Source: Ignavibacteriota bacterium
GTDB lineage: Bacteria; Bacteroidota; Ignavibacteria; UBA10030
DNA length: 64,000 nt
Reading direction: 5' to 3'
Assembly (NCBI GenBank): GCA_963701295.1
Contig: OY969585.1
Location: forward strand, 2,656,001 to 2,720,000
Position numbers and translations under genes: made by a program. The notes under the pieces are model-generated. The model was not told where the DNA came from. It ran no database searches and was given only the letters and a program-made list of their open reading frames with translations. Positions 54,287-64,000 of the stretch are shown one piece after another (the first letter of the stretch is position 1; every line of letters begins with the position of its first letter).

Positions 54287-54654
54287 GGGGGTGATTTGGC
54301 TTCGACGGGGATGAGGAAGCTTAAGACTGCATGCCGTGGTCGCCGTGTCCACGATAAAAAGCGGCAAACACATAAGTGCAAATTACAATTACGCACTGGC
54401 TGCCTAATAACATTAGGTAACCCGTTCACTTAGATTTGGCCCATCAAGTTTGGGATGAACGTCGCTTCTATGGGATAGCTTATTCTTGTACTCGAGGAGA
54501 ATGAGTAAATCCGTTGAAAGACGGATCACTTGAGTTGGCGTAAGGTAAATCCAGCCTGGCGGAGCTCCCTTGCGCGAGATCAAAAGTCAGGATACGCATG
54601 TAGATGTTTTAGGAGTCTTCTCTTCGGACCGGGGTTCGACTCCCCGCACCTCCA
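54287..54654 (+). ncRNA. ssrA: tmRNA; tag peptide ANYNYALAA (54378-54407)
   Basis: 5' GGGGGTG...TTCGAC pairs with 3' CACCTCC-A; T-arm GGGGTTCGACTCCCC; tag ORF ends YALAA followed by two TAA. Confidence 0.96.
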
Positions 54655-54839
54655 CGCAAATTGGAGCTGTACGATAAAATGTCCTGCCATAAAACATTAT
54701 AAACAGAATACGCTAAAACAAAAAACTTTTATTCCATCGAACAGAATTCCTTTCAATGTATAATTTAATTTGGTCGGCTCAGGCATTCAAAATGTAAAGT
54801 TAAGCGGTCATGCAGTCGCAGCATTTGTAGGGAATCTAA

Positions 54840-55757
54840 ATGTATAAAAAACAAGAAATAGGAATAATTTTAAATCCTGAAGCTGGCCGAGGACGAGCAA
54901 GAAAAATCAGAAACCGTTTAGTATCTTACCTAGAAGAAAAGAAAATTCCATTTCAATTAGAACTTACAAGAGGACCTGAACATGCAAAAGAAATAGCTTA
55001 TAGAATGAGCAAATTTTTTAAGATGATTGTAGCTGCTGGTGGAGATGGGACTGTGAATGAGGTCGTATCAGGAATTGTAGGAAGAAAAACTGCGATCGCA
55101 ATTTTACCAATAGGATCAGGAAATGATTTTAGCAAAGTAATTGGAATACCTAAGAAAATAGATTATGCTATAGATGTTATAATAAATGGAACAAGGAAAT
55201 CACTGGATTTAGGCAAAGTCAGTTATTGGAACAATTCTGGTGGGAAAAAAGTAAGATATTTCATCAATACGCTTGGCATGGGACTTGACGCAGAGATTGC
55301 AAAAGAAACGAAGCAAATAAATTTTCTAAGTGGGCTGCCACTTTATTTTTGGGCAGCAATAAAAGCAATTCAGAAGCATTCTCCGAATGAATATAGAGTA
55401 ACTGAAAGAAAGAAGACAAAAGTTATACGTGCCTTCTTTATATGCACTGGAAATGGATGTTTTGAGGGAGGTGGATTTAAACTTTTGCCCAATGGCAATC
55501 CTAACGATTCACTATTGGATATTTGCATTCTCGGAGTAATGCCAATACATAAAGCAATTGGTATTATACCAAAACTTATTAATGGTACACATGAAAATCT
55601 ACAAAAAGTTTCAATGTGGAAATCCAGGAAATTTATTGTCGAAGCAAAAAACACATTTATCCTTCATGGTGATGGCGAGATATTTGAAGAGAACACTATA
55701 CGAGCGAAGGTAGAATTGGCGCCAAGTCAAATACGCTTTATAATACCGAAGGAATAA
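54840..55757 (+). CDS. Diacylglycerol kinase family (YegS/BmrU-like) lipid kinase
   Basis: NPEAG, GGDGTVNEV, P.GSGNDF, G.DA, DGE. Confidence 0.92.
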   Translation: MYKKQEIGIILNPEAGRGRARKIRNRLVSYLEEKKIPFQLELTRGPEHAKEIAYRMSKFFKMIVAAGGDGTVNEVVSGIVGRKTAIAILPIGSGNDFSKVIGIPKKIDYAIDVIINGTRKSLDLGKVSYWNNSGGKKVRYFINTLGMGLDAEIAKETKQINFLSGLPLYFWAAIKAIQKHSPNEYRVTERKKTKVIRAFFICTGNGCFEGGGFKLLPNGNPNDSLLDICILGVMPIHKAIGIIPKLINGTHENLQKVSMWKSRKFIVEAKNTFILHGDGEIFEENTIRAKVELAPSQIRFIIPKE

Positions 55758-55761
55758 TCAA

Positions 55762-55789
55762 ATGAGCTATAATGTATATTATGCAGAAT
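55762..55789 (+). other. dif-like XerCD recombination site
   Basis: ATGAGCTATAA-TGTATA-TTATGCAGAAT shares the 15-nt core ATAATGTATATTATG with E. coli dif. Intergenic, between convergent genes. Confidence 0.7.
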
Positions 55790-55810
55790 AGCTTATTCCC
55801 CTTTTTCTTC

Positions 55811-58075
55811 TTAATCTTCTTCTATCGGCATTTTCGATTCAATTGAAGTGCTATATGCTTTAAGAACATCATCGATGGATAAATCGATCATCTTGCTTAT
55901 CTGCAGTTGCCGCCTCTTTGTAACGATTCCAATTTGTTTTGCATCTATAGAAAATCTTTTTGCCTCCATCAATATACTTGTAAAATATTTTGGATTACAT
56001 GAAACTATAACTCTTGACTGAGATTCTCCGAATAATAGGAAATCATGCCGAGTATTTGCTAAACTGTTTATTTCAATCTGGCATCCTACTTCTATTGAAG
56101 CATTGAAACTTTCTACCAATGTTACGGCCATTCCGCCATCTGAGACATCGTGCATAGACTTAGCAAACCCTTGGATAGCAAGAGTTTGACATAGTTTGTG
56201 AAGACGCGATTCATATTCTAAATTTAGATGTGGAGCATCACCAAGAATCTCTTTCTGTCTCATTGCAAGATATTCCGAGCCGCCGACTTCACCATGATTA
56301 ATACCCAATTCTATGATTAAGTCGCCAGGTGTCTTAAATTCTGCGTTTATTGCGTTATCTACATTATCCAACAAACCTAGCATACCTATGACAGGCGTAG
56401 GAATAATTGCTCCATTTGGTCCTTCATTATAAAAGCTGACGTTTCCTCCAGTAACAGGTGTCGAGAACGCAATACATGCTTCTTTCATGCCAGCAATCGC
56501 TTCTACAAATTGCCAATAAATTTCAGGATCATAAGGATTACCAAAATTCAAACAATTTGTTATTGCGATTGGTTTAGCTCCGACACAAGCGACATTTCTC
56601 GCTGCCTCTGCAACTGCTATCTGTGTACCACGTCTTGGGTTTAAATACACAAAACGTGCATTACAATCAGTTTTAAGAGCTAAAGCCTTATTTGTTTCTT
56701 TTAAGCGAATTACGGCGGCATCTGAATCTGATAGTCTAACACTATTCGACCGCACCATGGAATCATATTGTTCGTACACCCATCGTTTACTGGCTATCGA
56801 TGGTCGTTTCACCAAGTCGATTAACGTATTATTTAAATCCTTTGGAATTAGCAAGGAAGACGAATCAAATTTTCTGCATTTTTCAATGTATTCAGGTACT
56901 CGCGTTTCTCGAATATAAACTGGTGCTCCTCCTCCAAGGACAAGCGAATCAGCAGGAAGGTTTGCAACAACTTCATTATTCAATCTGATTGTTATAGCTG
57001 AATTATTCTCGACTATACCTATTATCTCGGATTCTATATCCCACTTATTAAAGATGTTAGCGATTTCTTGCTCGTGTCCATTCTTGACTATAAAAAGCAT
57101 TCGCTCTTGTGACTCTGATAGTAAAATTTCATAAGGCGTCATTTCCTTTTCGCGTAGAGGAATTCTTTCCAGGTCAATGGTCATTCCGGATTTGCCCCTT
57201 GCACTCATCTCCGACGTGGAACAAGTAATACCTGCAGCACCCATATCTTGCACTCCGACAATATATCCGCTTTCTATTGCCTCTAATGTAGATTCGAGTA
57301 ATATTTTTCCTGCAAATGGATCACCTACTTGGACTGACGACTTCTTTGCTTCAGATTGTTCAGAAATTTCTTCCGATGCAAAGGTAGCTCCGTGAATTCC
57401 ATCACGCCCAGTTTTTGAACCGACGATCATAACTATATTTCCTTGCCCTTTTGCAATTGCTTTAGTAACTTTCTTGTGCTCTACAATGCCGACAGCCATA
57501 GCATTTAAAATTGGATTATCTCTGTAAGAATCGTCAAAATATACTTCACCGGCCACAGTTGGAACGCCAAAGCTGTTTCCGTAATCAGCTATTCCTTTCA
57601 CGACACGTCTAAATAAATGTCTGACTTTTTGATCTGTCAGCTCACCGAATCGCAGAGAATTCAGTACAGCAATGGGTCGAGCTCCCATCGAGAAAATATC
57701 TCTGAGGATACCTCCAACTCCCGTTGCAGCACCTTGATATGGCTCAACAGCTGAAGGATGGTTATGGCTTTCTATTTTGAAAGCAACTGCCAGGCCATCT
57801 CCTATGTCAACAAGTCCAGCATTCTCTTCTCCAGCTTCTACTAACAAATGTGGACCTTTCCGTGGTAATGTTTTCAACTGGGCAATCGAATTCTTATAGC
57901 TGCAATGTTCGCTCCACATGACACTAAAGATACCTAATTCGGTAAATGTCGGCACACGGCCTAATATTTCATTAATACGGTTATATTCTTCCTTTAAAAG
58001 TCCATGCTCAAGTGCAAGCTCTAGCGTGACTTTGGGATCCTCGCCTCTACTCGGTTGATTCTTTGCTCTTTTCAT
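55811..58075 (-). CDS. purL: Phosphoribosylformylglycinamidine synthase subunit PurL
   Basis: [54 protein letters not shown]. Confidence 0.98.
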   Translation of the reverse strand: MKRAKNQPSRGEDPKVTLELALEHGLLKEEYNRINEILGRVPTFTELGIFSVMWSEHCSYKNSIAQLKTLPRKGPHLLVEAGEENAGLVDIGDGLAVAFKIESHNHPSAVEPYQGAATGVGGILRDIFSMGARPIAVLNSLRFGELTDQKVRHLFRRVVKGIADYGNSFGVPTVAGEVYFDDSYRDNPILNAMAVGIVEHKKVTKAIAKGQGNIVMIVGSKTGRDGIHGATFASEEISEQSEAKKSSVQVGDPFAGKILLESTLEAIESGYIVGVQDMGAAGITCSTSEMSARGKSGMTIDLERIPLREKEMTPYEILLSESQERMLFIVKNGHEQEIANIFNKWDIESEIIGIVENNSAITIRLNNEVVANLPADSLVLGGGAPVYIRETRVPEYIEKCRKFDSSSLLIPKDLNNTLIDLVKRPSIASKRWVYEQYDSMVRSNSVRLSDSDAAVIRLKETNKALALKTDCNARFVYLNPRRGTQIAVAEAARNVACVGAKPIAITNCLNFGNPYDPEIYWQFVEAIAGMKEACIAFSTPVTGGNVSFYNEGPNGAIIPTPVIGMLGLLDNVDNAINAEFKTPGDLIIELGINHGEVGGSEYLAMRQKEILGDAPHLNLEYESRLHKLCQTLAIQGFAKSMHDVSDGGMAVTLVESFNASIEVGCQIEINSLANTRHDFLLFGESQSRVIVSCNPKYFTSILMEAKRFSIDAKQIGIVTKRRQLQISKMIDLSIDDVLKAYSTSIESKMPIEED

Positions 58076-58105
58076 GTTTTGATATTTACCTTCTAATTAA
58101 GATAT

Positions 58106-58681
58106 TTAAATCTCACTAATTTTTAGTAATTCATCATTTCGTTCAACTGTTGCACCTGGTTGGACGAATACCGATTCTATTTTGCATTGCTGCAATGTTC
58201 TGATTTCATTTTCCATTTTCATAGCTTCAAGCACGAGCAGTACACCACCCGTTTGTACAATCATGTCCTGATGTGCTAATACTTTTGTTATTAATCCCGG
58301 CATCGGAGCACGGAGTGTGATCGATTTTGAAATATGGGGTTTCCTGAGTAGCCACGATTGCGCGACCAAGGATCGTTGATCATCAACAATCGCTTGCATC
58401 AGTGAACCATTAACATTGACTTGAAGTTTCGAAGATAATCTCGTCGATGCCGTTACTGATTGGCTCTCATGGCAGTCTGAGATCGTTATTTCAAAACTGG
58501 AGTCAAATAAATTCAAGATATACACATCATCTTTGATCTTTCGAAAATCGATTGTATGTGTTACATCATTTACCATTACGCTTTTTCCATTACTTACGCA
58601 TACTTTATAAATATCATTATGTATGTTGACTAAGTACTCTCCTCTATTTAGCGTAACCCACTTATTCGTCTCTTTTTCCAT
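58106..58681 (-). CDS. Biotin carboxyl carrier protein
   Basis: APMPG and EAMKMENEI biotinylation motif. Confidence 0.92.
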   Translation of the reverse strand: MEKETNKWVTLNRGEYLVNIHNDIYKVCVSNGKSVMVNDVTHTIDFRKIKDDVYILNLFDSSFEITISDCHESQSVTASTRLSSKLQVNVNGSLMQAIVDDQRSLVAQSWLLRKPHISKSITLRAPMPGLITKVLAHQDMIVQTGGVLLVLEAMKMENEIRTLQQCKIESVFVQPGATVERNDELLKISEI

Positions 58682-58824
58682 TCTGATTCCTTCTTGACAA
58701 AGTTTTGCTTGGGATGCCTGCGAGGTATTGTTCCATGCTGAACCAATGCAGCTATAATAGCAGCTACCATACGTTCGTTCTTCAATTCGTCTTGTTCTTT
58801 GTGTTGTTCATTTATCTTTGACAT
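58648..58824 (-). CDS. 58-aa small protein, acyl-CoA carboxylase epsilon/OadG-tail-like
   Basis: Manual translation MSKINEQHKEQDELKNERMVAAIIAALVQHGTIPRRHPKQNFVKKESEWKKRRISGLR. Fills the gap between mutS2 and BCCP. Confidence 0.6.
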   Translation of the reverse strand: MSKINEQHKEQDELKNERMVAAIIAALVQHGTIPRRHPKQNFVKKESEWKKRRISGLR

Positions 58825-58831
58825 ATGTTAC

Positions 58832-61201
58832 TCATTTGAATTCAACAACAGTTACACCTACGCCCCCCTCGTTCCATTCACCTAATCGGAAAGTCTTTAT
58901 ATGCGGATATGTTTGCAGAAACTCCCCTATTCGTTTTCGTAATGCGCCTGTGCCTTTACCGTGAATGATATCAACACGATGTATGCCTGCCACATATGCA
59001 TTGTCGAGGAAAGTCTGCGCTTGTGCAATTGCATCATCACCGAAGAGTCCTCGGAGATCAATTTCGTTTACAGCTTCTAGAGAAGTGATAGTAGAAGCTG
59101 AAACTATGTGTTGCACGTGTTTTTCATGTTCTTTATGCAAATCGGTCAGGACAATTCGCAAGCGTGTATTGCCGCAGAGGATAATTGCATGCTTGCCATG
59201 AATCTCTATAACTTCAGCGAGTTCGTGACCATCGCGAATTTTGACTAAATCACCTTTTTCAATTAGTTCATTGTTCTGGGGGACTAACTGTTCTTCCACA
59301 GTGATCTTTTGCAAATCTTCGCCAAGCTTCTTAAGCACCTGACGAGAAGAGCGGACAATTTCTCGTTCAGCGCCACTTTCACGTATCTCTTTTATTGAGC
59401 GCTCTACTTTTAGGTGGGCCTGTTGGACGATTTCTTTTGCCTCTTCTACAGCTTTTTTTCGAATAGTCCCTAACTCGTGCTTTAATTGTGTCATCTTTTG
59501 TTCGTAGGATAGTACTAGCGATTCCAATCGCTCTTTTTCCTTTGATGTTTCGCGGAGCTGACGTTGGTATTCCTGCGATTGCCGTTCAAGTTCAAGGAGA
59601 AGCGATTCGAGCTTTATCTTTTCATCACCCACTTGCATGCGTGCTTGATCTAAAAGACTGTGCGAGATTCCCAATCGCTCGGCAAGTTCAAAAGCATAGC
59701 TACTGCCCGGTACACCGCTTCGAAAGCGATATGTTGGCCGTAACGATTTTTGATCAAATTCCATGGAAGCATTGCTCATACCAGGTGTTTCGTGTGCAAA
59801 CGCTTTAAGCACACCGTGATGTGTTGTGGCAATAGTTATTGCTTTTCGAGCAGTAAGCTCCTTCAGTACTACAGCCGCTAATGCACTTCCCTCAGATGGG
59901 TCTGTTCCTGCGCCAATTTCATCAATGAGTACCAAGGAAGACTTATCTGCCTCCTCGAGGATGTGACGAAGAGAAATGAGATGAGAACTAAACGTGCTGA
60001 GATCGTTTTCGATAGATTGGTCATCACCAATATCGACAAAAATATTTTGAAAGGGGAACACTTCTGACTCAGAACCAGCGGGAATATGAATACCGGCTTG
60101 TGCGCATAATGTCAAGAGACCGACTGTTTTCATCGCCACAGTTTTGCCGCCGGCATTTGGACCGGTAATGACAAGTGTTTCCTCATCTTTACCAAGTTCA
60201 ATAGTAAGTGGTACTACAAGTTCTCTTTTAAGATGTCGTAAAAGAATAGGATGTCGCGCATCATGTAATTTTATTCTAGGTGTGGATGTTAGGGACGGAG
60301 GATTTCCGATAATTTCAATCGAATATTTAGCACGTGCAAAAATGACATCAAGTTCAGTGAGAGCAGCGAAACTCAATTCAAGAGGTTCGCGTATGTCACT
60401 AACTTGCTTTGTAAGATCAGTAAGTATCCGATAGATCTCATGATGTTCACGGAGTTGGAGTTCTCGCAGTGTATTGTTGAACGCAAGTGATTCAGCCGGT
60501 TCGATAAATACAGTTCCACCGCTGGCAGATGTAGAATGAATGAACCCAGGTACCTTATACTTATATTCTGCTTTAACAGGAATGACCAAACGACCATCGC
60601 GCGTTGTGATAATATCTTCTTGGAGAAATTCCTGCTCAGAGACTTGCCGAAGAATTGATTCCAATCGTCGTCTCAATGCATCGGTTGCCGAAATGATCGA
60701 ACGTCGAATCTCCCGTAATTCCCGGCTTGCTGTATCTTTTACAAATCCGTGTTCGTTCAGCGCTTCATTGATATGGTGCTCAACAATTTTATCCGAAAAT
60801 AACTGTTCGTGATATATGCCGATAGATGGATATAGTGCAGCACGTTTTGCAAGAAATGTTTTCAGTGTACGTGAAACGCGAATCGTGAGTGCGATTTCTA
60901 ACAGTTCTGCCACCGTGAGAACCTGATTCTCGACAGTAGTTTTCTTCAATGCAACAATAATGTTTTTAAATCCTTCCAGCGGAATAGTCCCTTCAGCAAT
61001 GAGCAATTCTTTTGCTTCCGAGACTTTTCTTAATTCCAATTCGATTGTATTGCGGATAGTCTGCGGAACTAGCCGGAGAGTATGCAGACGACCTGACTCA
61101 GAAACAGCAAGCTCGCTTATTCGCTCAACGACTGTATGATATTCCAACTTGCTTAAAGCTGCAGCAAAGCTTGGTGGAAGATTTAAAGGCTTTTGTGACA
61201 C
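58832..61201 (-). CDS. mutS2: Endonuclease MutS2
   Basis: TGPNAGGKT, DIGDDQSI, STFSSH, DEIGAGTDP, TTH; C-terminal Smr DLRG...IIHGKGTGAL. Confidence 0.97.
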   Translation of the reverse strand: MSQKPLNLPPSFAAALSKLEYHTVVERISELAVSESGRLHTLRLVPQTIRNTIELELRKVSEAKELLIAEGTIPLEGFKNIIVALKKTTVENQVLTVAELLEIALTIRVSRTLKTFLAKRAALYPSIGIYHEQLFSDKIVEHHINEALNEHGFVKDTASRELREIRRSIISATDALRRRLESILRQVSEQEFLQEDIITTRDGRLVIPVKAEYKYKVPGFIHSTSASGGTVFIEPAESLAFNNTLRELQLREHHEIYRILTDLTKQVSDIREPLELSFAALTELDVIFARAKYSIEIIGNPPSLTSTPRIKLHDARHPILLRHLKRELVVPLTIELGKDEETLVITGPNAGGKTVAMKTVGLLTLCAQAGIHIPAGSESEVFPFQNIFVDIGDDQSIENDLSTFSSHLISLRHILEEADKSSLVLIDEIGAGTDPSEGSALAAVVLKELTARKAITIATTHHGVLKAFAHETPGMSNASMEFDQKSLRPTYRFRSGVPGSSYAFELAERLGISHSLLDQARMQVGDEKIKLESLLLELERQSQEYQRQLRETSKEKERLESLVLSYEQKMTQLKHELGTIRKKAVEEAKEIVQQAHLKVERSIKEIRESGAEREIVRSSRQVLKKLGEDLQKITVEEQLVPQNNELIEKGDLVKIRDGHELAEVIEIHGKHAIILCGNTRLRIVLTDLHKEHEKHVQHIVSASTITSLEAVNEIDLRGLFGDDAIAQAQTFLDNAYVAGIHRVDIIHGKGTGALRKRIGEFLQTYPHIKTFRLGEWNEGGVGVTVVEFK

Positions 61202-61267
61202 TATGGATTCTGCGTCCTATCGGCCTTCGCTATTTGCCCAATGTTTCAATCTTGTTTTTCGGTTCCG

Positions 61268-61825
61268 TTAATGTTCGTTGGATCGGGGAAGAATTTTATT
61301 CCCTTTAGTCTTATCAATGGAACTAGGCGTCCCCACTTCCTTAAGTTTATCGAGCACATCAGGTACGACAGTCGATGTCATGTCCAAAATCTGTGGAGCG
61401 ATATTCACAACTGACTTATAGAACATGGAATAGCGTTTTGTTTGATAGTCAGGGAAATCAGACATTGCAAAAATATAGAGAAGTGAACTAACCAATAGTG
61501 CACCTTCAATAAAGCCCAGGACTATTCCCCCGATACGATCCGGGATTCCACCAATCTTATAACTTCCGGTAAGAGTTTTATAAACCAAGCTTTGTATGAT
61601 AAATAAACCGAAAAATATTAATAAGAAACCATTCACTGGTGCATCTTCATGGCTTATTCCACCACGGCCGGCTAAAATATTCTCGACATCACGCATAAAT
61701 AGATGCCCTAAAATGAGGCCGGCAATGAGTACAATGATCGCAACAAGTTTCCGTACGATGCCGTCACGTACTCCAAGCAAAATAAAAAAAAGGATTGGAC
61801 CACCGATTAAGATGTCGAGTAGCAT
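61268..61825 (-). CDS. cvpA: CvpA (colicin V production) family membrane protein
   Basis: LDIL...G.RDG, DRIGG..LG; typical position upstream of mutS2. Confidence 0.8.
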   Translation of the reverse strand: MLLDILIGGPILFFILLGVRDGIVRKLVAIIVLIAGLILGHLFMRDVENILAGRGGISHEDAPVNGFLLIFFGLFIIQSLVYKTLTGSYKIGGIPDRIGGIVLGFIEGALLVSSLLYIFAMSDFPDYQTKRYSMFYKSVVNIAPQILDMTSTVVPDVLDKLKEVGTPSSIDKTKGNKILPRSNEH

Positions 61826-61829
61826 AGAG

Positions 61830-62279
61830 TTATTCTCCTAATTGTTGTTTGACTACTTCCTGAACGACTTTTCCATCAATTTTACCTTTCAGATCTTTCA
61901 TCGCTATAGGCATCACCTTTCTGAAATCCTTCAAAGATTTTGCACCGATATTTTCGATTATTTTCTTGATAATTACTTCAACCTCTTCCCTGCTCATTTG
62001 TTTCGGAAGATAGGTACTGATAATATCAAGTTCACGTTTTTCTTGATCTGAGAGATCCTTCCTTCCAGCTTTTTCGTACATTTCAATTACATCTTTGCGT
62101 TTCTTTGCCGCTGCAAGAAGAGCAGTCATTTCTTCTTCTGGAGTAATGCTTGTACCGGTTCCACGTTTTGAAAGTTCAATTAATTGTGCTCGGATAGACC
62201 GAATGGTGTTTAACTTAACACTGTCGCCGGATTTCATTGCAGCTTTTAGGTCTTCAGTGATCATTTCTGTAAGAGCCAT
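61830..62279 (-). CDS. GatB/YqeY domain protein
   Basis: DLKAAMKSGD, K.R.D....Y..AGR.DL, YLPKQMS. Confidence 0.93.
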   Translation of the reverse strand: MALTEMITEDLKAAMKSGDSVKLNTIRSIRAQLIELSKRGTGTSITPEEEMTALLAAAKKRKDVIEMYEKAGRKDLSDQEKRELDIISTYLPKQMSREEVEVIIKKIIENIGAKSLKDFRKVMPIAMKDLKGKIDGKVVQEVVKQQLGE

Positions 62280-62581
62280 TGATGTTCCTTATCCTTGGTC
62301 ATGCATGCAACAACATGCTTCAAATTAAATTTGAATTGACCACTGTTTATATTAAAAAATATTATATATGATGACTATATAATAAAAATACAAAATAATT
62401 GTCTTACCTGCTATCAAAAGAGCAATCCGATTTTACATATACACAATTTCTTCCATAAACTCGTCTAAGGACTCAATCGGATATCATTTTATATATACCA
62501 TAACAATAAGGCAAAGAATGACTATCAAGTCGAGTTTAAAAGTAAGGATAGAGAGAAAGGATGTGTGGAATTAATCAAAGG

Positions 62582-62609
62582 ATGCCCACTGTTCCCAAAC
62601 AGCGGGCAT
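62582..62609 (-). terminator. Probable terminator hairpin
   Basis: On the minus strand ATGCCCGCTGTT-TGGG-AACAGTGGGCAT, just after the 62617 stop; U tract weak. Confidence 0.55.
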
Positions 62610-62616
62610 TTCTTTC

Positions 62617-62916
62617 TTATTGTATTTCAATAAGCGTCGCATATCGAGCTTTGCCATCTTTCAAGAAGGTCTCAAGCCGATTCACCAATTCTTCGCCACT
62701 TTCAGTGGTTCCATCCTCAAGTGTTTCGTATTCTTCTACCGAATTGCAGATAAATTCTTCCACGAAAAAGTTCTTTTTTCCTTTTTGTTCAAAGATAGTG
62801 TAGTTCTTCTTTTGCTCACCGGAAAAATGGTTCTTTAGTTCTGTGGCAAGAGCAAGATACTCTTCACGATTCTCTGGTTTTATCTCATATGATATCTGGA
62901 GAATGACTTTTGGCAT
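62617..62916 (-). CDS. Small hypothetical protein (possible dimeric alpha-beta barrel)
   Basis: 99 aa; Y.IKPE.REEYL...FVEEF pattern. Confidence 0.55.
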   Translation of the reverse strand: MPKVILQISYEIKPENREEYLALATELKNHFSGEQKKNYTIFEQKGKKNFFVEEFICNSVEEYETLEDGTTESGEELVNRLETFLKDGKARYATLIEIQ

Positions 62917-62935
62917 AGGTTTCTTTCTTTATTTG

Positions 62936-63323
62936 TTAGTGTAATGATTTAAAATTCATCATGGCGCTTCGGATTTGCGCTTCATTCATTCCAAAGTAAT
63001 GGCCCAATTCATGGAGTAATACTTCACGGATTTGTTCACATACTTCTTTATCATTTCGACATACAGATTCAATATTCTTTTGGTACAATGAAATCTTATC
63101 AGGAGTTGTCGGATTTACACCGTAACCATGTTCCTCGATGCATCAAAGGCACCCCCTGATATAAACCCAAGAGTGATGTTCTGCTCGAATGCGTTTGTCT
63201 AGTTTCTTCTTCACCGGGATACTCTTCCACCACGATGTGGACATTATCAATTTTATCACCAAAAACAGTCGGTAGATCGTTAAACACTTCTTCTGCTATC
63301 TCCTCAAATTTTTCGCGTGTCAT
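62936..63323 (-). pseudogene. Zincin-like metallopeptidase with a single +1 frameshift
   Basis: LLGLYQGVPL..R in frame 1. After one extra T at 63124/63125 it continues YGVNPTTPDKISLYQKNIE...LLHELGHYFG to the stop at 62936. Confidence 0.85.
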
Positions 63324-63346
63324 CGCATTTAACTAAGCCACTTTAT

Positions 63347-64000
63347 CTAAAATAAACCTAATGAATATTCCCCTCCAAACCTGATACCACATAAAACAAG
63401 TCCATACAGAATTACAACGATAAGAATCGACTTCCAGAGAGAAATTTGATTCCCTACTTTGGTTCCAATGATCAATAGCATAAATGCCCAAAGTATCATT
63501 ACAGCGTTCAATCCAATAAGTACAATATAGGATATCGGTTTGATTGCCATCGGGTGTGGATTGAAGGTGAAGAAGTACATTCCAAATGTCATTAACTCGA
63601 TGGGTAATATAAGTACCAGAGATATAATAACTGGTGTCAAGGCATAACTTGTAATGCCCATAGAAGTGCGAAACGATGAATTTCCACTTAGTAACTTAGA
63701 CAACATCCAATGGAAAGAAGAAACAATCGGACATACTACGATGCCTAAAGGTATACCGATCAGCAATGCCCAGAAAATGAGAAGCAGCACATTTTCAAAT
63801 CGATCTCCTATTCTGAAATACCAAAATCCAGAAAATGCAACGCTTATTCCACATAACGCGTAAAGAAACAGGCCGTAATTTTTATGCTCTGCTATCATTA
63901 TTAGCCGAAACGCTTCTCGTGGATTTTCAATGATTCTCCAAAGCGTGTTAAACAAATCCAAATTGGGCACACGGTTCTGTAGAAAACCACCACATTTCTT
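63347..64000 (-). CDS. YIP1-family membrane protein (5'-truncated by window edge)
   Basis: Frame open to base 64000 (KKCGGFLQNRVPNLD); NPREAF motif and five TM segments. Confidence 0.7.
   Translation of the reverse strand, partial: KKCGGFLQNRVPNLDLFNTLWRIIENPREAFRLIMIAEHKNYGLFLYALCGISVAFSGFWYFRIGDRFENVLLLIFWALLIGIPLGIVVCPIVSSFHWMLSKLLSGNSSFRTSMGITSYALTPVIISLVLILPIELMTFGMYFFTFNPHPMAIKPISYIVLIGLNAVMILWAFMLLIIGTKVGNQISLWKSILIVVILYGLVLCGIRFGGEYSLGLF

Noticed and set aside
54227-54763. Short ORFs across the ssrA region
   Set aside because: They overlap the tmRNA gene and have no coding features.
54655-55757. AT-rich lipid kinase gene as an island integrated at tmRNA
   Set aside because: No integrase and no ssrA 3' duplication; the neighbouring housekeeping purL is similarly AT-rich, which fits terminus composition.

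Overview
Mostly housekeeping chromosome from a bacterium that is probably of the Ignavibacteriota/Chlorobi-Bacteroidota (FCB) group. This is inferred from PorV/PorQ-like barrels, a FlgD-type T9SS C-terminal domain and overall gene content. Left part: secA(3' part)-glnB-era-eamA-uvrC, an LPS block (MsbA-like, two GT9, O-antigen ligase) converging on a T9SS-like cluster, a three-GT2/flippase/deacetylase/PHP operon, an orphan protein with an HPPD-like metal triad, M16 peptidase, aminotransferase, a split nuoG-H-I block and comM/yifB. From about 34.0 to 45.1 kb is a mosaic accessory region. It holds a diverged 70-bp copy of an internal comM segment fused to a double-HTH gene (probable attachment-site scar), attC-like sites after the GH78 and GT39 genes, and a DUF3788 pseudogene. 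Right part: a candidate ANGGA-rich sRNA, dusB-polX-orphan-nth, an HD gene flanked by diverged direct repeats, tyrosine phenol-lyase, a glcD-like remnant, rhomboid, LOG, tmRNA, a dif-like site where gene orientation flips, purL, a biotin carrier with an unannotated 58-aa partner, mutS2, cvpA, yqeY and a frameshifted zincin. No CRISPR array, rRNA, tRNA, transposase or integrase was seen. All calls come from motif recognition by eye, with no database searches.
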